This document shows positions 18,524 to 29,730 of a stretch of 64,000 bases of DNA, in pieces. The notes below the pieces were generated by a model. The model was not told the origin of the DNA, searched no databases, and was given only the letters and a program-made list of their open reading frames with translations. Each line of letters starts with the position of its first letter. The first letter of the stretch is position 1. The stretch covers positions 384,001 through 448,000 of the forward strand of contig OZ241329.1 of the NCBI GenBank assembly GCA_965199825.1. Reading direction: 5' to 3'. The translations under genes were made by a program, and so were the position numbers. This stretch comes from Bdellovibrionales bacterium (GTDB lineage: Bacteria; Bdellovibrionota; Bdellovibrionia; Bdellovibrionales; UBA1609).

Positions 18524-19793
18524 GAACCCCGCCTTTCACTTTTGAGCGTCCTTCGCGAACATAAAACTCAAACTCATCTCGAAATTTATTTACAAAACTC
18601 AATGCCGGCATCGCGGCTGCATCAGAAAGTGCACAAATAGTTCGACCCATCATGTGTTCCGAAACTCGTTTGATCAAATCGATATCTTGGAGGCGCCCCT
18701 GCCCTGTTTGAATCGAGTGGACGATCTTGTCGAGCCAACCCGTTCCTTCGCGGCAAGGTGTGCACTGCCCACATGATTCGTGATGATAAAAATGCATCAA
18801 GACCGCAAGCGAATCGACCATGCAGTTGGAATCATCCATCACAATCACCGCACCTGAACCGAGCATCGATCCCATCTGGGCCAAATTTTCATAATCGAGA
18901 GTGGCTTTCAAAGCTTCTTCGGCATTCAAGATGGGCGCAGAACTTCCACCCGGGATCACCGCTTTGAGTTTACGCCCCGGCTTTAATCCGCCACATAAAT
19001 TAAAGATCAAATCTTTAAGTGGATATCCCAACGGCACTTCGTAATTTCCGGGTTTGACCACATTGCCACTCACCGAAAAAAGTTTGGTGCCTGGCGATTT
19101 TTCGGTTCCATGTTTTCGGTAGGCCGAAGCGCCGTCGCGAATAATATATTTTACCGCTGCCAAAGTTTCGACATTGTTCACAATGGTTGGTTTTTTTAAA
19201 TAGCCTTGGAGCGCCGGAAATGGCGGCTTTAACTTAGGCTGGCCTTTTTTGCCTTCGAGGGAAGAGATCATTCCGGTTTCTTCACCACAAATGTAAGCTC
19301 CTGCTCCACGATAAAAATCCATATCGTGAGTAAATCCTGAATCTAAAATATTTTTTCCTAAGAGACCTGCAGCGTAAGCTTCTTTAAGGGCATTTTCGAT
19401 CGAGCGAATCGAGTCATCATATTCGCCGCGAATATAAATATAAGATTTGGCGCATTTAATCGCAAAGGCCGAAATGATCATTCCTTCGATCAACTGATGC
19501 GGCCCCATCTCCATCATCATTCGATCTTTGAATGTGCCGGGTTCGCCTTCGTCAGCATTGCAAAGTAAAAAGCGCTCTTCGCCGTTTTCGGGCAAGAACC
19601 CCCATTTGACTCCGGTTGGAAATCCAGCGCCACCACGACCGCGCAGTCCAGAGGCTTTGACTTCCTCAAGCACAGCTTTGGGTTGCATCTTGAGTGCTTT
19701 TTTTAAATCTTCGTAGCCACCTTTTTTGCGGTAGCCATCCAAGGTTTTGTATTGAGGATCTTTGTAGTGTTCGGATAAAAGCTGAACTTCCAT
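18510..19793 (-). CDS. nuoF: NADH-quinone oxidoreductase subunit F
   Basis: GRGGAGFPTG, NADEGEPGTFKDR, GAGAYICGEET, ESCGQCTPCREG. Confidence 0.97.
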   Translation of the reverse strand: MEVQLLSEHYKDPQYKTLDGYRKKGGYEDLKKALKMQPKAVLEEVKASGLRGRGGAGFPTGVKWGFLPENGEERFLLCNADEGEPGTFKDRMMMEMGPHQLIEGMIISAFAIKCAKSYIYIRGEYDDSIRSIENALKEAYAAGLLGKNILDSGFTHDMDFYRGAGAYICGEETGMISSLEGKKGQPKLKPPFPALQGYLKKPTIVNNVETLAAVKYIIRDGASAYRKHGTEKSPGTKLFSVSGNVVKPGNYEVPLGYPLKDLIFNLCGGLKPGRKLKAVIPGGSSAPILNAEEALKATLDYENLAQMGSMLGSGAVIVMDDSNCMVDSLAVLMHFYHHESCGQCTPCREGTGWLDKIVHSIQTGQGRLQDIDLIKRVSEHMMGRTICALSDAAAMPALSFVNKFRDEFEFYVREGRSKVKGGVHAEM

Positions 19794-19795
19794 TC

Positions 19796-20269
19796 TTACT
19801 CCAGATTCTTCAAAAGTGAGAGGGCCGATTCGGGGGTGAGATTTTCATAATATTGATCTCCCACTTGCATCATAGGAGCGGTCCCACAAGACCCCAAGCA
19901 CTCCACTCGAGAAATGGTGTAGCGCCCATCGGCCGAGACTTCGTCGTATTTCACATCGAAGGCTTTGCATAAACTGTCGCCAAGTTCGCGCGCGCCGTTC
20001 ATCGCACACGACAATGTGGTGCAAACCTGAACATGATATTTGCCCACCGGTTTTTTATTGTACATGGTGTAAAACGTGAGGACTTCGTTGATGTGAGCCT
20101 CAGGAATTTCCATCACTTCGGCAAGGGCGCTGACCGATTCGGGCGAGACCCAACCCTTGTTTTCTTTTTGTGCAATATAAAGACAAGGTAAAACGGCTGA
20201 GCGCACGGTCTCGTAGCGCTTCATTTCTTTTTTGATCTCGCTCTTTGAACTTTCAGAAAATTGAAACAT
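19796..20269 (-). CDS. nuoE: NADH-quinone oxidoreductase subunit E
   Basis: TFYTMY, VCTTLSC, ECLGSCGTAP. Confidence 0.96.
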   Translation of the reverse strand: MFQFSESSKSEIKKEMKRYETVRSAVLPCLYIAQKENKGWVSPESVSALAEVMEIPEAHINEVLTFYTMYNKKPVGKYHVQVCTTLSCAMNGARELGDSLCKAFDVKYDEVSADGRYTISRVECLGSCGTAPMMQVGDQYYENLTPESALSLLKNLE

Positions 20270-20285
20270 ACTTTTTTGTCCCTCT

Positions 20286-21974
20286 TTAACGATCTAATTC
20301 GCCAGCAATTAAATTCATCGAACCCAGAATCGAAATCACATCAGACAAAAGTCCCCCAGTGATCTGTTTTGGAAACGACTGATAAATTGCAAAACAAGGT
20401 GGACGCACTTTTAGGCGATAAGGTTTTCCGCTCCCATCACTGATGAGGAAAAAACCAAGCTCGCCATTTGCGGCTTCGGTCGAATCATAGATTTCACCCG
20501 CAGGTGGACGAAGACCCTTGATCACCAACATAAAGTGATTCATCAAGCCTTCGATGTTACCATAGACGTCTTTTTTTTCTGGCAGCACAATGCCCTTATC
20601 GCGAATGGTGTAATCGCCACTGGGCACATTGCGCGCGACTTGCTCGACAATTTTGAGCGACTCACGCATCTCTGCAACTCGCACAAGATAGCGATCGTAA
20701 ACATCGCCATTGGTGCCGATTGGAATATCAAAATCAAGTTGGTCGTAGCCGTAATAGGGATCGGCTTTGCGTAAATCAAGGCTCACACCGGTTGCACGAA
20801 GCAGTGGGCCAGTATATCCCCACTCGATCGCTTCTTGTGCAGTGATTGAGCCCACGTTCTGGGTGCGCTGAATAAAGATTTTGTTATTGGTCAACAGGGT
20901 TTCGAGATCATCGATACCTTGGCGCATCTCTTTACAAAACTGAAGCACATCATCGTACCAACCCTCGGGTGGATTTTGAGCCATCCCGCCGATGCGCGTG
21001 AGCGAGACTGTGAGTCGCGCCCCGCAGAGCTTTTCGAAAAGGGAATACACTTTTTCACGATAACCAAAAAGATGAAAAAATCCTGTGAGGGCTCCAAGAT
21101 CCACCGCGTTTGCACCGATGCACACCAAGTGATCGATCACGCGCGAAAGCTCACACAAAATAATTCGTAGCGCTTGGGCTTTGAGTGGAACTTCGACACC
21201 CAAAAGTTTTTCGACCGTTTTGCAATACCCTACATTGTTGATCGGAGCTGAGCAGTAGTTGAGGCGATCGGTATAAGGAATCACCTGATTGTAGGCATGA
21301 GTCTCGGCCATTTTTTCAAAACAACGATGCAAATATCCAAGCTCAACATTGGCGCGATAGATTTTTTCACCATCCAGCTGACACATCACTCGAAGAGTTC
21401 CATGAGTGGCGGGATGAGAAGGACCAATGTTGATGGGCAAAAGATCTTTACTGGGATCTTCGACAAAATTGGGATCGTTATCGAAATGGATGGGCAAAGC
21501 TTCGTTGCAAGGCTGTTGCAAATCTGCGGGATAATCTTTTCTTAAAGGATGACCCTGAAATTGATGATGGGTCAAAATGCGGCGCATGTTGTGATGCCCC
21601 TCAAAACGCACCCCATACATATCAAAAATTTCGCGCTCAAACCAATCGGCACCCTTCCACACAGTGGTTGCGGTAGGAAGAGTTTCGTTTTCGGCAACAA
21701 AGGTTTGAAGCCGCACGCGCTGAGCTGTTTTTAGAGAAAAAAGTTCGTAGCTAATCTGAAATCGCTTTTCGCGCTCGGGAAAATCGGCACCCGCCACATG
21801 CATTAAAAAATCAAACTGACCCGATTCTTTAAAATGCCGCAGCACCGGCACAACGCTGGTTTTTGGCATTTGGATCACATTGTTGCCGTTGGCATAGAGA
21901 AAAGAAAAATTTTGATTGTGACTCGGAAATCGTGAGCCCAAATCGCCGCGCAAAACTTCGGTATTGTTTTTCAT
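20286..21974 (-). CDS. nuoCD: NADH-quinone oxidoreductase fused subunit C/D
   Basis: [37 protein letters not shown]-terminal GELDR. Start ATG 21974 overlaps the nuoB stop. Confidence 0.95.
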   Translation of the reverse strand: MKNNTEVLRGDLGSRFPSHNQNFSFLYANGNNVIQMPKTSVVPVLRHFKESGQFDFLMHVAGADFPEREKRFQISYELFSLKTAQRVRLQTFVAENETLPTATTVWKGADWFEREIFDMYGVRFEGHHNMRRILTHHQFQGHPLRKDYPADLQQPCNEALPIHFDNDPNFVEDPSKDLLPINIGPSHPATHGTLRVMCQLDGEKIYRANVELGYLHRCFEKMAETHAYNQVIPYTDRLNYCSAPINNVGYCKTVEKLLGVEVPLKAQALRIILCELSRVIDHLVCIGANAVDLGALTGFFHLFGYREKVYSLFEKLCGARLTVSLTRIGGMAQNPPEGWYDDVLQFCKEMRQGIDDLETLLTNNKIFIQRTQNVGSITAQEAIEWGYTGPLLRATGVSLDLRKADPYYGYDQLDFDIPIGTNGDVYDRYLVRVAEMRESLKIVEQVARNVPSGDYTIRDKGIVLPEKKDVYGNIEGLMNHFMLVIKGLRPPAGEIYDSTEAANGELGFFLISDGSGKPYRLKVRPPCFAIYQSFPKQITGGLLSDVISILGSMNLIAGELDR

Positions 21975-22501
21975 CGGTAAGCACCTGGTTGCCAAGTCTC
22001 TTTCCAAGGACGGGGTTGATGATCCGCAATCATCTTTTGGATCGTCATAATTCCATCCATCACCGCTTCGGGTGTGGGTGGACAACCTGGAACATACACA
22101 TCTACCGGAATCACTTTATCAACTCCTTGGAGCACATGATAGGCGCGATAAAATCCGCCCGAACTTGCGCATGCACCCATAGACAAAACATATTTAGGCT
22201 CAAGCATTTGCTCATAAATTCTAACGATGATGGGAACCATTTTTTCGGTGATTGTTCCTGCAACAATCAGCAAATCGGCTTGGCGTGGCGAAAAGCGCAC
22301 GACCTCTGCACCAAAGCGAGCGAGATCATAACGAGGGCCAAGAACCGACATCATTTCGATTCCACAACAAGCAGTTCCGTAGGGCATTGGCCACAGCGAA
22401 TTTTTTCGGCCCCATGCTACCAACTTATCAATCTTTGTTGTGAAAACATAAGAGCGAGAATCTTCAACTAGAGCGCGGTCGTTCGCAGGTGATCCTGTCA
22501 T
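21971..22501 (-). CDS. nuoB: NADH-quinone oxidoreductase subunit B
   Basis: [31 protein letters not shown]. Confidence 0.96.
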   Translation of the reverse strand: MTGSPANDRALVEDSRSYVFTTKIDKLVAWGRKNSLWPMPYGTACCGIEMMSVLGPRYDLARFGAEVVRFSPRQADLLIVAGTITEKMVPIIVRIYEQMLEPKYVLSMGACASSGGFYRAYHVLQGVDKVIPVDVYVPGCPPTPEAVMDGIMTIQKMIADHQPRPWKETWQPGAYR

Positions 22502-22655
22502 TGAATATTCCTTTAGTTTTTCTCAATTATTTATCATTAAAGGGGTAACCAAGATACCGTGACCTCGAGAGAGAAGCAGCGCGTCTTATGTTTTGGGTTC
22601 TGTATAAGGTGCAGGATTTCTTTGAAAACCTGAGCTAGCCTTCTGCTTATCAACT

Positions 22656-24368
22656 ATGACCAATCCACTTTTGCGCAAACCCTTTTTGACTTACATTCGC
22701 CAACATCGACGACCTTTCGCGATGGGACTGACCGCCTTGGTGTTGACCAATGCACTTGATACTCTCCCGCCGCTGTTGATTGGTCAGGCACTTGATCAAG
22801 TCCTTGGACCTCGCAAAGGTCTTGCGCTGACGCTGTCTCTTCTTGTTTTAGTCACCGTCTTATTGAGTTTTTGTCGCTATGGATGGCGGCTTTTTTGGGG
22901 ACGCTTTCATCACTCGGTGGCCGATGATTTGCGAAACCGAGTGATGGATCATTTTTTATTGCTTGGCCCTTCGTACTTTCAAAAGACCCAAATTGGTCGC
23001 GCGATGAGTCTGATCACCAGTGACGTCAATTTGTTTCGGATGGCGATTGGACCAGGAATTTTGATTCTGCTCGATGGCATTACTATTTTGTTACTTGTGC
23101 CGCCCATGATGTGCCTGATTTCACCTTCTTGGACACTCAAAACATTATGTCTCATGCCGCTTGCACCATTTTTTGTGATGCACGTGATGAAAAAATTAAA
23201 TGTGCTGTACACCGCTAAACAAGAATCATTTGCCAATATGTCAGGTGTGGCACAAGAAAATGTGGCGGGAGTTCGGGTCATTAAATCTTTGGCGCTAGAA
23301 CTTCATCAAATCTTATTTTTTAATAAATTTTCGAAAAATTATGAGCTTGCGAGCAACAATGTGGCTCGTGTGGATTCGTCATTTACACCTGTGCTTGAGG
23401 TTTTTGCTTCTGTCGGGAGTGTGATTTTATTGGTGGTTGGGGCTCCCGAAGTTTTAAGTGGTGCGGTGAGTGTGGGCCAATTTTTAAGCTTTTTTCAGTA
23501 CGTCCAAAGAATGATTTGGCCCATGACCTCGATCGGCGTGGGACTCACTCATATTGGTCAGGGAAAGGCGGCCTTTCGGCGCATTCGCGAAGTGCTCGAG
23601 ACCGAGCCCTTAATTTTAGATGAGGGCTTAATCGAAATTTCGGAATTTCAAGAATTAGAGATTCGCAATTTGTCATTTGGTTTTGGGGATCGAATGATCT
23701 TGAGCGATGTGAGTTTGAATCTGACTGCCGGTCAAAAATTAGGAATCATCGGCCCCACCGGCTCGGGCAAATCGGTTTTGCTGGATTTGATATTTCGACT
23801 TCATAAGGCGCCGATCAATACTATTTTTATTAATGGCATCGCCATTGAAAATATCAAAACAAGTAGCTTAAGACGATTGTTTGCAATTGTTCCTCAAGAT
23901 GTTTTTTTATTTCAAGATTCGCTCCAGGCTAATCTGCAGATGGGCAATCCCGCTGCTAAAGCAACTCACCTGATGGATGCCCTTGAGGCGTCGGCCTTAA
24001 GCGAAGAGGTCGACAATTTAACGACCGGTTTACAAACCGAATTGGGCGAGCGCGGAGTGAATTTTTCGGGCGGTCAAAAACAACGTCTGACTTTGGCGCG
24101 TGCATTTTTAAAAGAATCTCAGGTGATGGTGCTCGATGATTCTCTCAGTGCTGTGGATAGCAAGACCGAGGCTCATGTGCTTTCGCGACTCAACACCCAA
24201 CAAACTTTGATTGTGGTCACTCACCGTTTATCGGCACTTGAAAGTATGGATCATGTTTTGGTTTTAAACAAAGGTCAGCGAGAAGCCTTTGGTGATCTTC
24301 GAACTCTTCGAACCTCATCGGCCACGGTCAAACAGCTCGCCCTTTTGCAAGAGCAGAGTTTAGAATGA
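22656..24368 (+). CDS. ABC exporter, fused permease/ATPase (MdlA/YheI-like half)
   Basis: TM domain, GPTGSGKS, FSGGQKQR, degenerate Walker B LDDSLSAVD. Confidence 0.92.
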   Translation: MTNPLLRKPFLTYIRQHRRPFAMGLTALVLTNALDTLPPLLIGQALDQVLGPRKGLALTLSLLVLVTVLLSFCRYGWRLFWGRFHHSVADDLRNRVMDHFLLLGPSYFQKTQIGRAMSLITSDVNLFRMAIGPGILILLDGITILLLVPPMMCLISPSWTLKTLCLMPLAPFFVMHVMKKLNVLYTAKQESFANMSGVAQENVAGVRVIKSLALELHQILFFNKFSKNYELASNNVARVDSSFTPVLEVFASVGSVILLVVGAPEVLSGAVSVGQFLSFFQYVQRMIWPMTSIGVGLTHIGQGKAAFRRIREVLETEPLILDEGLIEISEFQELEIRNLSFGFGDRMILSDVSLNLTAGQKLGIIGPTGSGKSVLLDLIFRLHKAPINTIFINGIAIENIKTSSLRRLFAIVPQDVFLFQDSLQANLQMGNPAAKATHLMDALEASALSEEVDNLTTGLQTELGERGVNFSGGQKQRLTLARAFLKESQVMVLDDSLSAVDSKTEAHVLSRLNTQQTLIVVTHRLSALESMDHVLVLNKGQREAFGDLRTLRTSSATVKQLALLQEQSLE

Positions 24369-26167
24369 AGAGCGAAGACACTTTACAAAAAAAACTAAGC
24401 TACATTGGTTTACTTAAGAAGCTTTGGCCCTTTGTCAAAAAACAACCGCGTGGATTATTTTTGGCTCTGGCTTATATTTTGGGGTTTGTCTCTTTAAGCC
24501 GAGTGCTTCCTTTATTGTTTGGGTATGCGATTGATCAGGGTTTTAAGAGTGCAAATCTTTGGCTGATTTATCGGGTGGCCGCGGTTTATTTTTTAATTGA
24601 TATGATGAGGCTTGGACTCAGTTATCTGCAAAATGCCCAGATCGTTCGCTTGAGTAATACCGTGCTTTTTGATTTGCGCGAAAAAGTTTTGCTCCATGTT
24701 CTTAGGCTTCCGATGAGTTACTTTGATAAAAATGCTTCGGGCCGAATCATGACTCGAGTGACCACTGACGTTCAAAATTTAGGCGAGCTCTTTACCGATA
24801 CCTTTACCGCTTTTTTTGTGAGCTTTATCGAAATGGGCTCAGTGGTCGTTGCTTTAAGTTTTTTATCTTGGAAGCTGACATTTTTGTGTTTGATTGTTGT
24901 GCCAGTGATGCTTGCCGTTACCATTTGGATCTCTTCCCAACTGCGAGAGAAATTTGCCGAATCAAAACGAAAGCTCGCGACCTTGAATGCTTTTGCTGCC
25001 GAAACTTTGAGTGGACTTCGCATCGTTCATCTTTTTGATATTCAGAATTTGCGCCGCCAAAAATTTAAAACGGTAAGCGAAGACTACCGCGAGTTGCAGC
25101 TCCAAACGGTGCGGTTGTTTGCCGCACTCTGGCCGGTGCTTGATTCCTTTACCACCGCATCGGTAGTGAGTGCCTTATTTTTTGGTGCAATTGCCTATGA
25201 GAGTTTGGGTTTGAGTGTTGGCAGTCTTGCCGCTTTTATTTTATTGATCCAAAGTTTTTTTAAACCGATGCGTACCGTTTTCGAGCGCTACAACCAACTG
25301 CAAAACAGTTTGGCAAGCGGAGACCGGGTGTTTGATCTCTTTTCGCAAACCGAAGAGAGCGGAACACCTTTTTTGACTTCGGTGGTGCAGCCACTCCGAG
25401 GCGAGATCGAGTATCGCAATGTGACCTTTCGCTACAACGTGGAGAGTGCTGCCGCCTTAACCGGGGTGTCGCTCAAAATTCGCTCGGGCGAACGCGTTGC
25501 TTTTGTCGGTCGCACCGGAAGCGGCAAAACCACAATGATCTCGCTGTTACAAAAGTTTTATCCGGTGGAGATGGGTGAAATTTATGTGGATAAAATTCCG
25601 ATTACTCAATTTACCACTCACGAATTGCGATCGCGATTTGGAGTGGTGTTGCAAGATCCATTTTTGTTTCGCGGAACCCTACGCGAAAATGTCACCCTTC
25701 ATCGCACCGATATTGCCGATGAGCGAATACTTAAGTCGCTTTATGATGTGGGATTGGGAAATTTATTGGGACGCAATTTTAGCCAGGGACTTGATTTTAC
25801 AATTGAGGAGCACGGCGCAAACCTGAGCAGTGGTGAACGGCAGCTCGTCGCTTTTGCAAGGCTTTTGGCCTTTGATCCCGATGTTTTGATCTTGGATGAA
25901 GCCACTTCACATATTGATTCGATTTCTGAAGAGCGCATACAGAGTGCGATTGCTTCGGTCACGCGGGGTCGCACCAGTTTGATTATTGCTCATCGCCTCT
26001 CGACCATTATCAATTGTGACAAAATTGTTTTTATGGATGGTGGTTTTGTAACCGAAATCGGAACCCACGAACAACTGCTCGAGATGGGCGGTCGATATGC
26101 CGAGCTCTATCGCACCCAAACCAACACCGCTTTGACTATTCCAGTTGAAGCTTTTTCTGACTTATAA
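24365..26167 (+). CDS. ABC exporter, fused permease/ATPase (MdlB/YheH-like half)
   Basis: GRTGSGKT, LSSGERQL, LDEATSHID, IAHRLST; 4-bp overlap with its partner gene. Confidence 0.92.
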   Translation: MKSEDTLQKKLSYIGLLKKLWPFVKKQPRGLFLALAYILGFVSLSRVLPLLFGYAIDQGFKSANLWLIYRVAAVYFLIDMMRLGLSYLQNAQIVRLSNTVLFDLREKVLLHVLRLPMSYFDKNASGRIMTRVTTDVQNLGELFTDTFTAFFVSFIEMGSVVVALSFLSWKLTFLCLIVVPVMLAVTIWISSQLREKFAESKRKLATLNAFAAETLSGLRIVHLFDIQNLRRQKFKTVSEDYRELQLQTVRLFAALWPVLDSFTTASVVSALFFGAIAYESLGLSVGSLAAFILLIQSFFKPMRTVFERYNQLQNSLASGDRVFDLFSQTEESGTPFLTSVVQPLRGEIEYRNVTFRYNVESAAALTGVSLKIRSGERVAFVGRTGSGKTTMISLLQKFYPVEMGEIYVDKIPITQFTTHELRSRFGVVLQDPFLFRGTLRENVTLHRTDIADERILKSLYDVGLGNLLGRNFSQGLDFTIEEHGANLSSGERQLVAFARLLAFDPDVLILDEATSHIDSISEERIQSAIASVTRGRTSLIIAHRLSTIINCDKIVFMDGGFVTEIGTHEQLLEMGGRYAELYRTQTNTALTIPVEAFSDL

Positions 26168-26612
26168 ATTGAGGCAGCGGTTCATCAGGAAGTACTTTTT
26201 CCCAAAGAGCAATTGCGGCGAGAAAGACCGGCTTACTCTGAAAGAACTTTTGGATCAAAGTATCTGAGTAACGTTCATGGAGTACAAATTCACTCAAGCT
26301 CAACAAAGCTCCAATTTGTTGGTCATCCATTTTTTTGAGATCACGCATACTGATAAGGAGCTTCAGCTGTCTCTGAAAAATCTGTGGATTCATCGGATTT
26401 TGGCTCCGAAGTCGATTTTCTCTTATGAGCCAACTTGCAGCAGCCTGTTCTTTGGTGGTCAAACGCCCACGTGCAACGGGTTGATACCCAAACTCAAGAT
26501 CTTCAGGATAAGTGCGATATTCAGAATATTTTTGAAGGGCTTTGTAAAGGATTTCACGGCAACCCGCTTTTGAGGGAACAGACACAAAGATAAAGGCAAA
26601 AAGAAAAATCAT
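26136..26612 (-). CDS. Hypothetical secreted protein
   Basis: Signal-peptide-like MIFLFAFIFVSVPSKA followed by GCREIL. Confidence 0.55.
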   Translation of the reverse strand: MIFLFAFIFVSVPSKAGCREILYKALQKYSEYRTYPEDLEFGYQPVARGRLTTKEQAAASWLIRENRLRSQNPMNPQIFQRQLKLLISMRDLKKMDDQQIGALLSLSEFVLHERYSDTLIQKFFQSKPVFLAAIALWEKVLPDEPLPQFISQKKLQLE

Positions 26613-26655
26613 CGGAACGCGGTTTTAAGTTTTTGTTTAGATTTGAGCAAGCTTA

Positions 26656-26692
26656 TTTACAGCCGTGAACTAAGGTAGTCCAAGGCTGTAAA
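26656..26692. terminator. Inverted repeat just downstream of the gliding operon
   Basis: TTTACAGCC-N19-GGCTGTAAA. Confidence 0.4.
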
Positions 26693-26712
26693 CAAATTAC
26701 CCAAATGGGCCA

Positions 26713-27342
26713 TTATCGGTCGAGATGTTTGATCTTTTGGTACTGCTGATCGGCCAACTGGTTTTGCTTTTCCCACTTGGTGGTTTCTTCACGATAGGCT
26801 TGTTTTTTCTTGAGCCATTTTTCGTGTTCTTCGGTGGTTTGCTTTTCTTGAGAGTTCAGCGTGGCTTCAATCTCGTGGAGTGAGGATTTTTGCTTATCCC
26901 AATCTAGTTTTTCTTGCTCGATTTCTTTGACCTTACCATCGTACACCACCAAATTTTCGGCACGTTTTTTTTGATTGGCTTCAAGTTTTTCTAAAGTCTT
27001 TTTGATTTCGGCAATCGCTGCTTCTTCTTTTTTGATATTTTGGGCTTCGGTATCGTGAAATTTGATCACCTGTTTTTTGATATCATCAAGTTTGGCTTTG
27101 CCCGTTTCGATATTGGCCGCATTCCGGTGCAGTTGGGCCCGTTGATCCTTTAAAGTTTTAAGAGCAGCTGTGGTCTCCGAAACGTTTTTGGTCGAAATAT
27201 CCAAATTTTGTTTATATTGATCTAAATTTGATTTTGAATTTTCGGCATTGGTTTTTAATTTGTCCAATGCTTGTGATTTTTGATCTTGATCAGCAAATGC
27301 CAATCCTGAAAAAAACAAAGCACCAATTAGTAATGATCTCAT
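26713..27342 (-). CDS. Secreted coiled-coil protein, last gene of the gliding cluster
   Basis: ATG 27342 (MRSLLIGALFFSGLAFA signal peptide); K/E/Q-rich heptads. Confidence 0.75.
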   Translation of the reverse strand: MRSLLIGALFFSGLAFADQDQKSQALDKLKTNAENSKSNLDQYKQNLDISTKNVSETTAALKTLKDQRAQLHRNAANIETGKAKLDDIKKQVIKFHDTEAQNIKKEEAAIAEIKKTLEKLEANQKKRAENLVVYDGKVKEIEQEKLDWDKQKSSLHEIEATLNSQEKQTTEEHEKWLKKKQAYREETTKWEKQNQLADQQYQKIKHLDR

Positions 27343-27343
27343 C

Positions 27344-29716
27344 TTAGCCCCCCTTATGAACTGCGTTGGGACAGTTGTCCTGCAGTCCTGATCGATAATG
27401 CCCAATTTCATCTTGCCAGTACTCTCCGTCGAATTCCCAATTTAAGTTTTTTTCGGGCTTGCTCGACGCCGGCACCCGACGCCCATTGGTTGCGCCCCCC
27501 GCAACTTGATAACGAATATTTTCGCCACTGCCTGAGAACACCTCGTAGCGCAGGAACTCGTTGTTATCGAGCATCTTGGATAAACTCTGATCCATCGCTT
27601 TAAGATGCTGGGTCACCATTTTTCCGGCTTCATTTTTTACCGCTAATTTTTCCTGATCGATATGCTGAGTGCCTGCGGTTTTGACTCTCATCACGCCCGC
27701 TCTGCCGTCTTCATAAACCTGTTGGACAAATTTTAATCCCACCAGCAAATCCTGTTCGCTGCGCATTTCGGATTTCCATTTTTCAACATTGGGTTTTAAG
27801 GCTTGGTTGGTTTTTGCCTTTTCGATATTGATATCGAGGACGGAGACATGGGTGCGGAGCTCATCCATTTTTGTTTTGAGACGAGCTTTTTCGAAATTCA
27901 CTTTGTCATCGAGTGTGGCGTAGCGGGCAAGCTCATCTTCTTTGTCATTCAAGATCGATTGCTGATTTAAAAAGTCTTTGCGGCGGGCTACTTCGCGTAA
28001 TACTGAGGCCGCCATACCCTCTGCAGGATCTGTGGGCTTTCCGCGCATATAAGTTTTGATGGTGGCGTAGGATTGCTCAGCACTTAAATTTCGATTGATG
28101 TAGCCTTCTATCTGCGAGCGCCATGGGCGATAATCTTTTTCGAGCACACTTAAGTTGCGATAAGCATCACCGTATTGACAGATATTGAGATAGCCGATGG
28201 TTCGTACCACATAAGATTCTGGCTTATAGACGGTGCTAAAAAATGGTGAGTGAAGGCTATACATATTGCCGATTGCGCCTGAGGCATCGCCCAAATAAAT
28301 TTGGGTCCAACCTTGTTCGACCAATGCAGCAATCCAATAGGGATGATCTTTGCCCACCTTTTGATAAAGGCTTTGAGCTTCTTTAAACTGTTTTTGTTGA
28401 AATCGAATGCGCGCCAGGGTCATGTTGGCAACCGCTTCGAGATTTTTATCTTCTACATTATTTTTTTCGATATAGGCCAAAATCTCTTCGAGAGTTTTTG
28501 CGGCTTTAGGAAGCTTGTCTAATGCATTTTCGGCCAGAGCTTTTAAGACTTGGGCTGAGCTGTAAAAGGCACTTTTTTGGGTGACCTTTTCAGACAAGGC
28601 CAAGCTTTGCTCGTACTGATGTTTGCGAAAAAGATATTTGGCCATCAGATAGCCCGCTTGATCGCGATCTTTTTCGCTGATGATTTTTTTATGGCCAATT
28701 AATAATTCGGCCATTCGATTTTGATCAGCCAGCGGCAAATTATTTAAAAGAATCGAAAGAGCCTGCGACGCAAACTCGGAATTTTCTGATTTGACCACGT
28801 CTGAGAGTTTACGAAAGCTCTCGGTGTTGAGCTTAAATTGACTTGCACAATTGCCACCATAAAATTTGGCCTGAACTTCTAAACCTTTTGCGGTTTCAAG
28901 ATCATTGAGCAGTCCCATTGCAACAATGCACTTGTCTTGCTCGATCAAAATGCGTGACGCCAAAAATTTGAGATCCTGATCCGACAAAGGCTCAAACGGT
29001 TTGACACTCACCTGCACATCTTCCCCGAGATGAGGAAAATTGCGTTTGATGGTGTCCACGCTCACAAGCTTTTCGCTTTTGGCCAAAAGATTTTCGAAGT
29101 GGGTATTCGAAAATGGCAGCATCGGTTTTTTTGTGATCGCTGACAATTCTTTTTGACTGAGTGGCGGAATGGTTTGGAGTTGTACGGGCTTTGCCAATTG
29201 AGGCAAAGGCTTTTGGTTTAACTCGAGGGCAAAATCTTGGGCCGAGAGCTCAGGTTCTAGGCCGATATCGAGAGCAGGAATCTGCTGAATATTTTTTGGC
29301 ATAATGTACCGAGGCACAACCTTTACGGTCAGATTTTTTGTGTCTGCCGCACGCCCTGGTTTTTTAATTTCGACCACTTTTTGCGATTTAGGTTTAGCTA
29401 TCACCGCAGGTAGCATCGGAATCACCGCAGGCTCTGGAGGCTTCGGGATTGGGGTGACCACTGGCGGAGGAATGGGTTGCGAAGCTGTGGATTCAGAGCC
29501 TCGCGGTTGTGGAACTTGCGGCGCTGGCTTTTCGGAAGCAACCGCACGCTCCTTTTTTTTATCGTATCCGAGTGCGGGGTAAACAGTTTCTGTTAACCAC
29601 GTTTGAACCGTAGTCTGAACAGATGTTTTTACCAAATCCCAAGACCATTCTTGCGCAGTTGCAACACTGCTAAAGATGACCGAAAAAATCAGAATTCCCG
29701 CTCGAATCGACTTCAC
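27344..29716 (-). CDS. gltC: GltC-like TPR gliding-motility protein
   Basis: Signal peptide, Pro-rich linker, TPRs, AIGNMYSLHSPFF and C-terminal WEFDGEYWQDEIGHY..C. Confidence 0.72.
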   Translation of the reverse strand: MKSIRAGILIFSVIFSSVATAQEWSWDLVKTSVQTTVQTWLTETVYPALGYDKKKERAVASEKPAPQVPQPRGSESTASQPIPPPVVTPIPKPPEPAVIPMLPAVIAKPKSQKVVEIKKPGRAADTKNLTVKVVPRYIMPKNIQQIPALDIGLEPELSAQDFALELNQKPLPQLAKPVQLQTIPPLSQKELSAITKKPMLPFSNTHFENLLAKSEKLVSVDTIKRNFPHLGEDVQVSVKPFEPLSDQDLKFLASRILIEQDKCIVAMGLLNDLETAKGLEVQAKFYGGNCASQFKLNTESFRKLSDVVKSENSEFASQALSILLNNLPLADQNRMAELLIGHKKIISEKDRDQAGYLMAKYLFRKHQYEQSLALSEKVTQKSAFYSSAQVLKALAENALDKLPKAAKTLEEILAYIEKNNVEDKNLEAVANMTLARIRFQQKQFKEAQSLYQKVGKDHPYWIAALVEQGWTQIYLGDASGAIGNMYSLHSPFFSTVYKPESYVVRTIGYLNICQYGDAYRNLSVLEKDYRPWRSQIEGYINRNLSAEQSYATIKTYMRGKPTDPAEGMAASVLREVARRKDFLNQQSILNDKEDELARYATLDDKVNFEKARLKTKMDELRTHVSVLDINIEKAKTNQALKPNVEKWKSEMRSEQDLLVGLKFVQQVYEDGRAGVMRVKTAGTQHIDQEKLAVKNEAGKMVTQHLKAMDQSLSKMLDNNEFLRYEVFSGSGENIRYQVAGGATNGRRVPASSKPEKNLNWEFDGEYWQDEIGHYRSGLQDNCPNAVHKGG

Positions 29717-29730
29717 CGTTTAAGCTCCTT

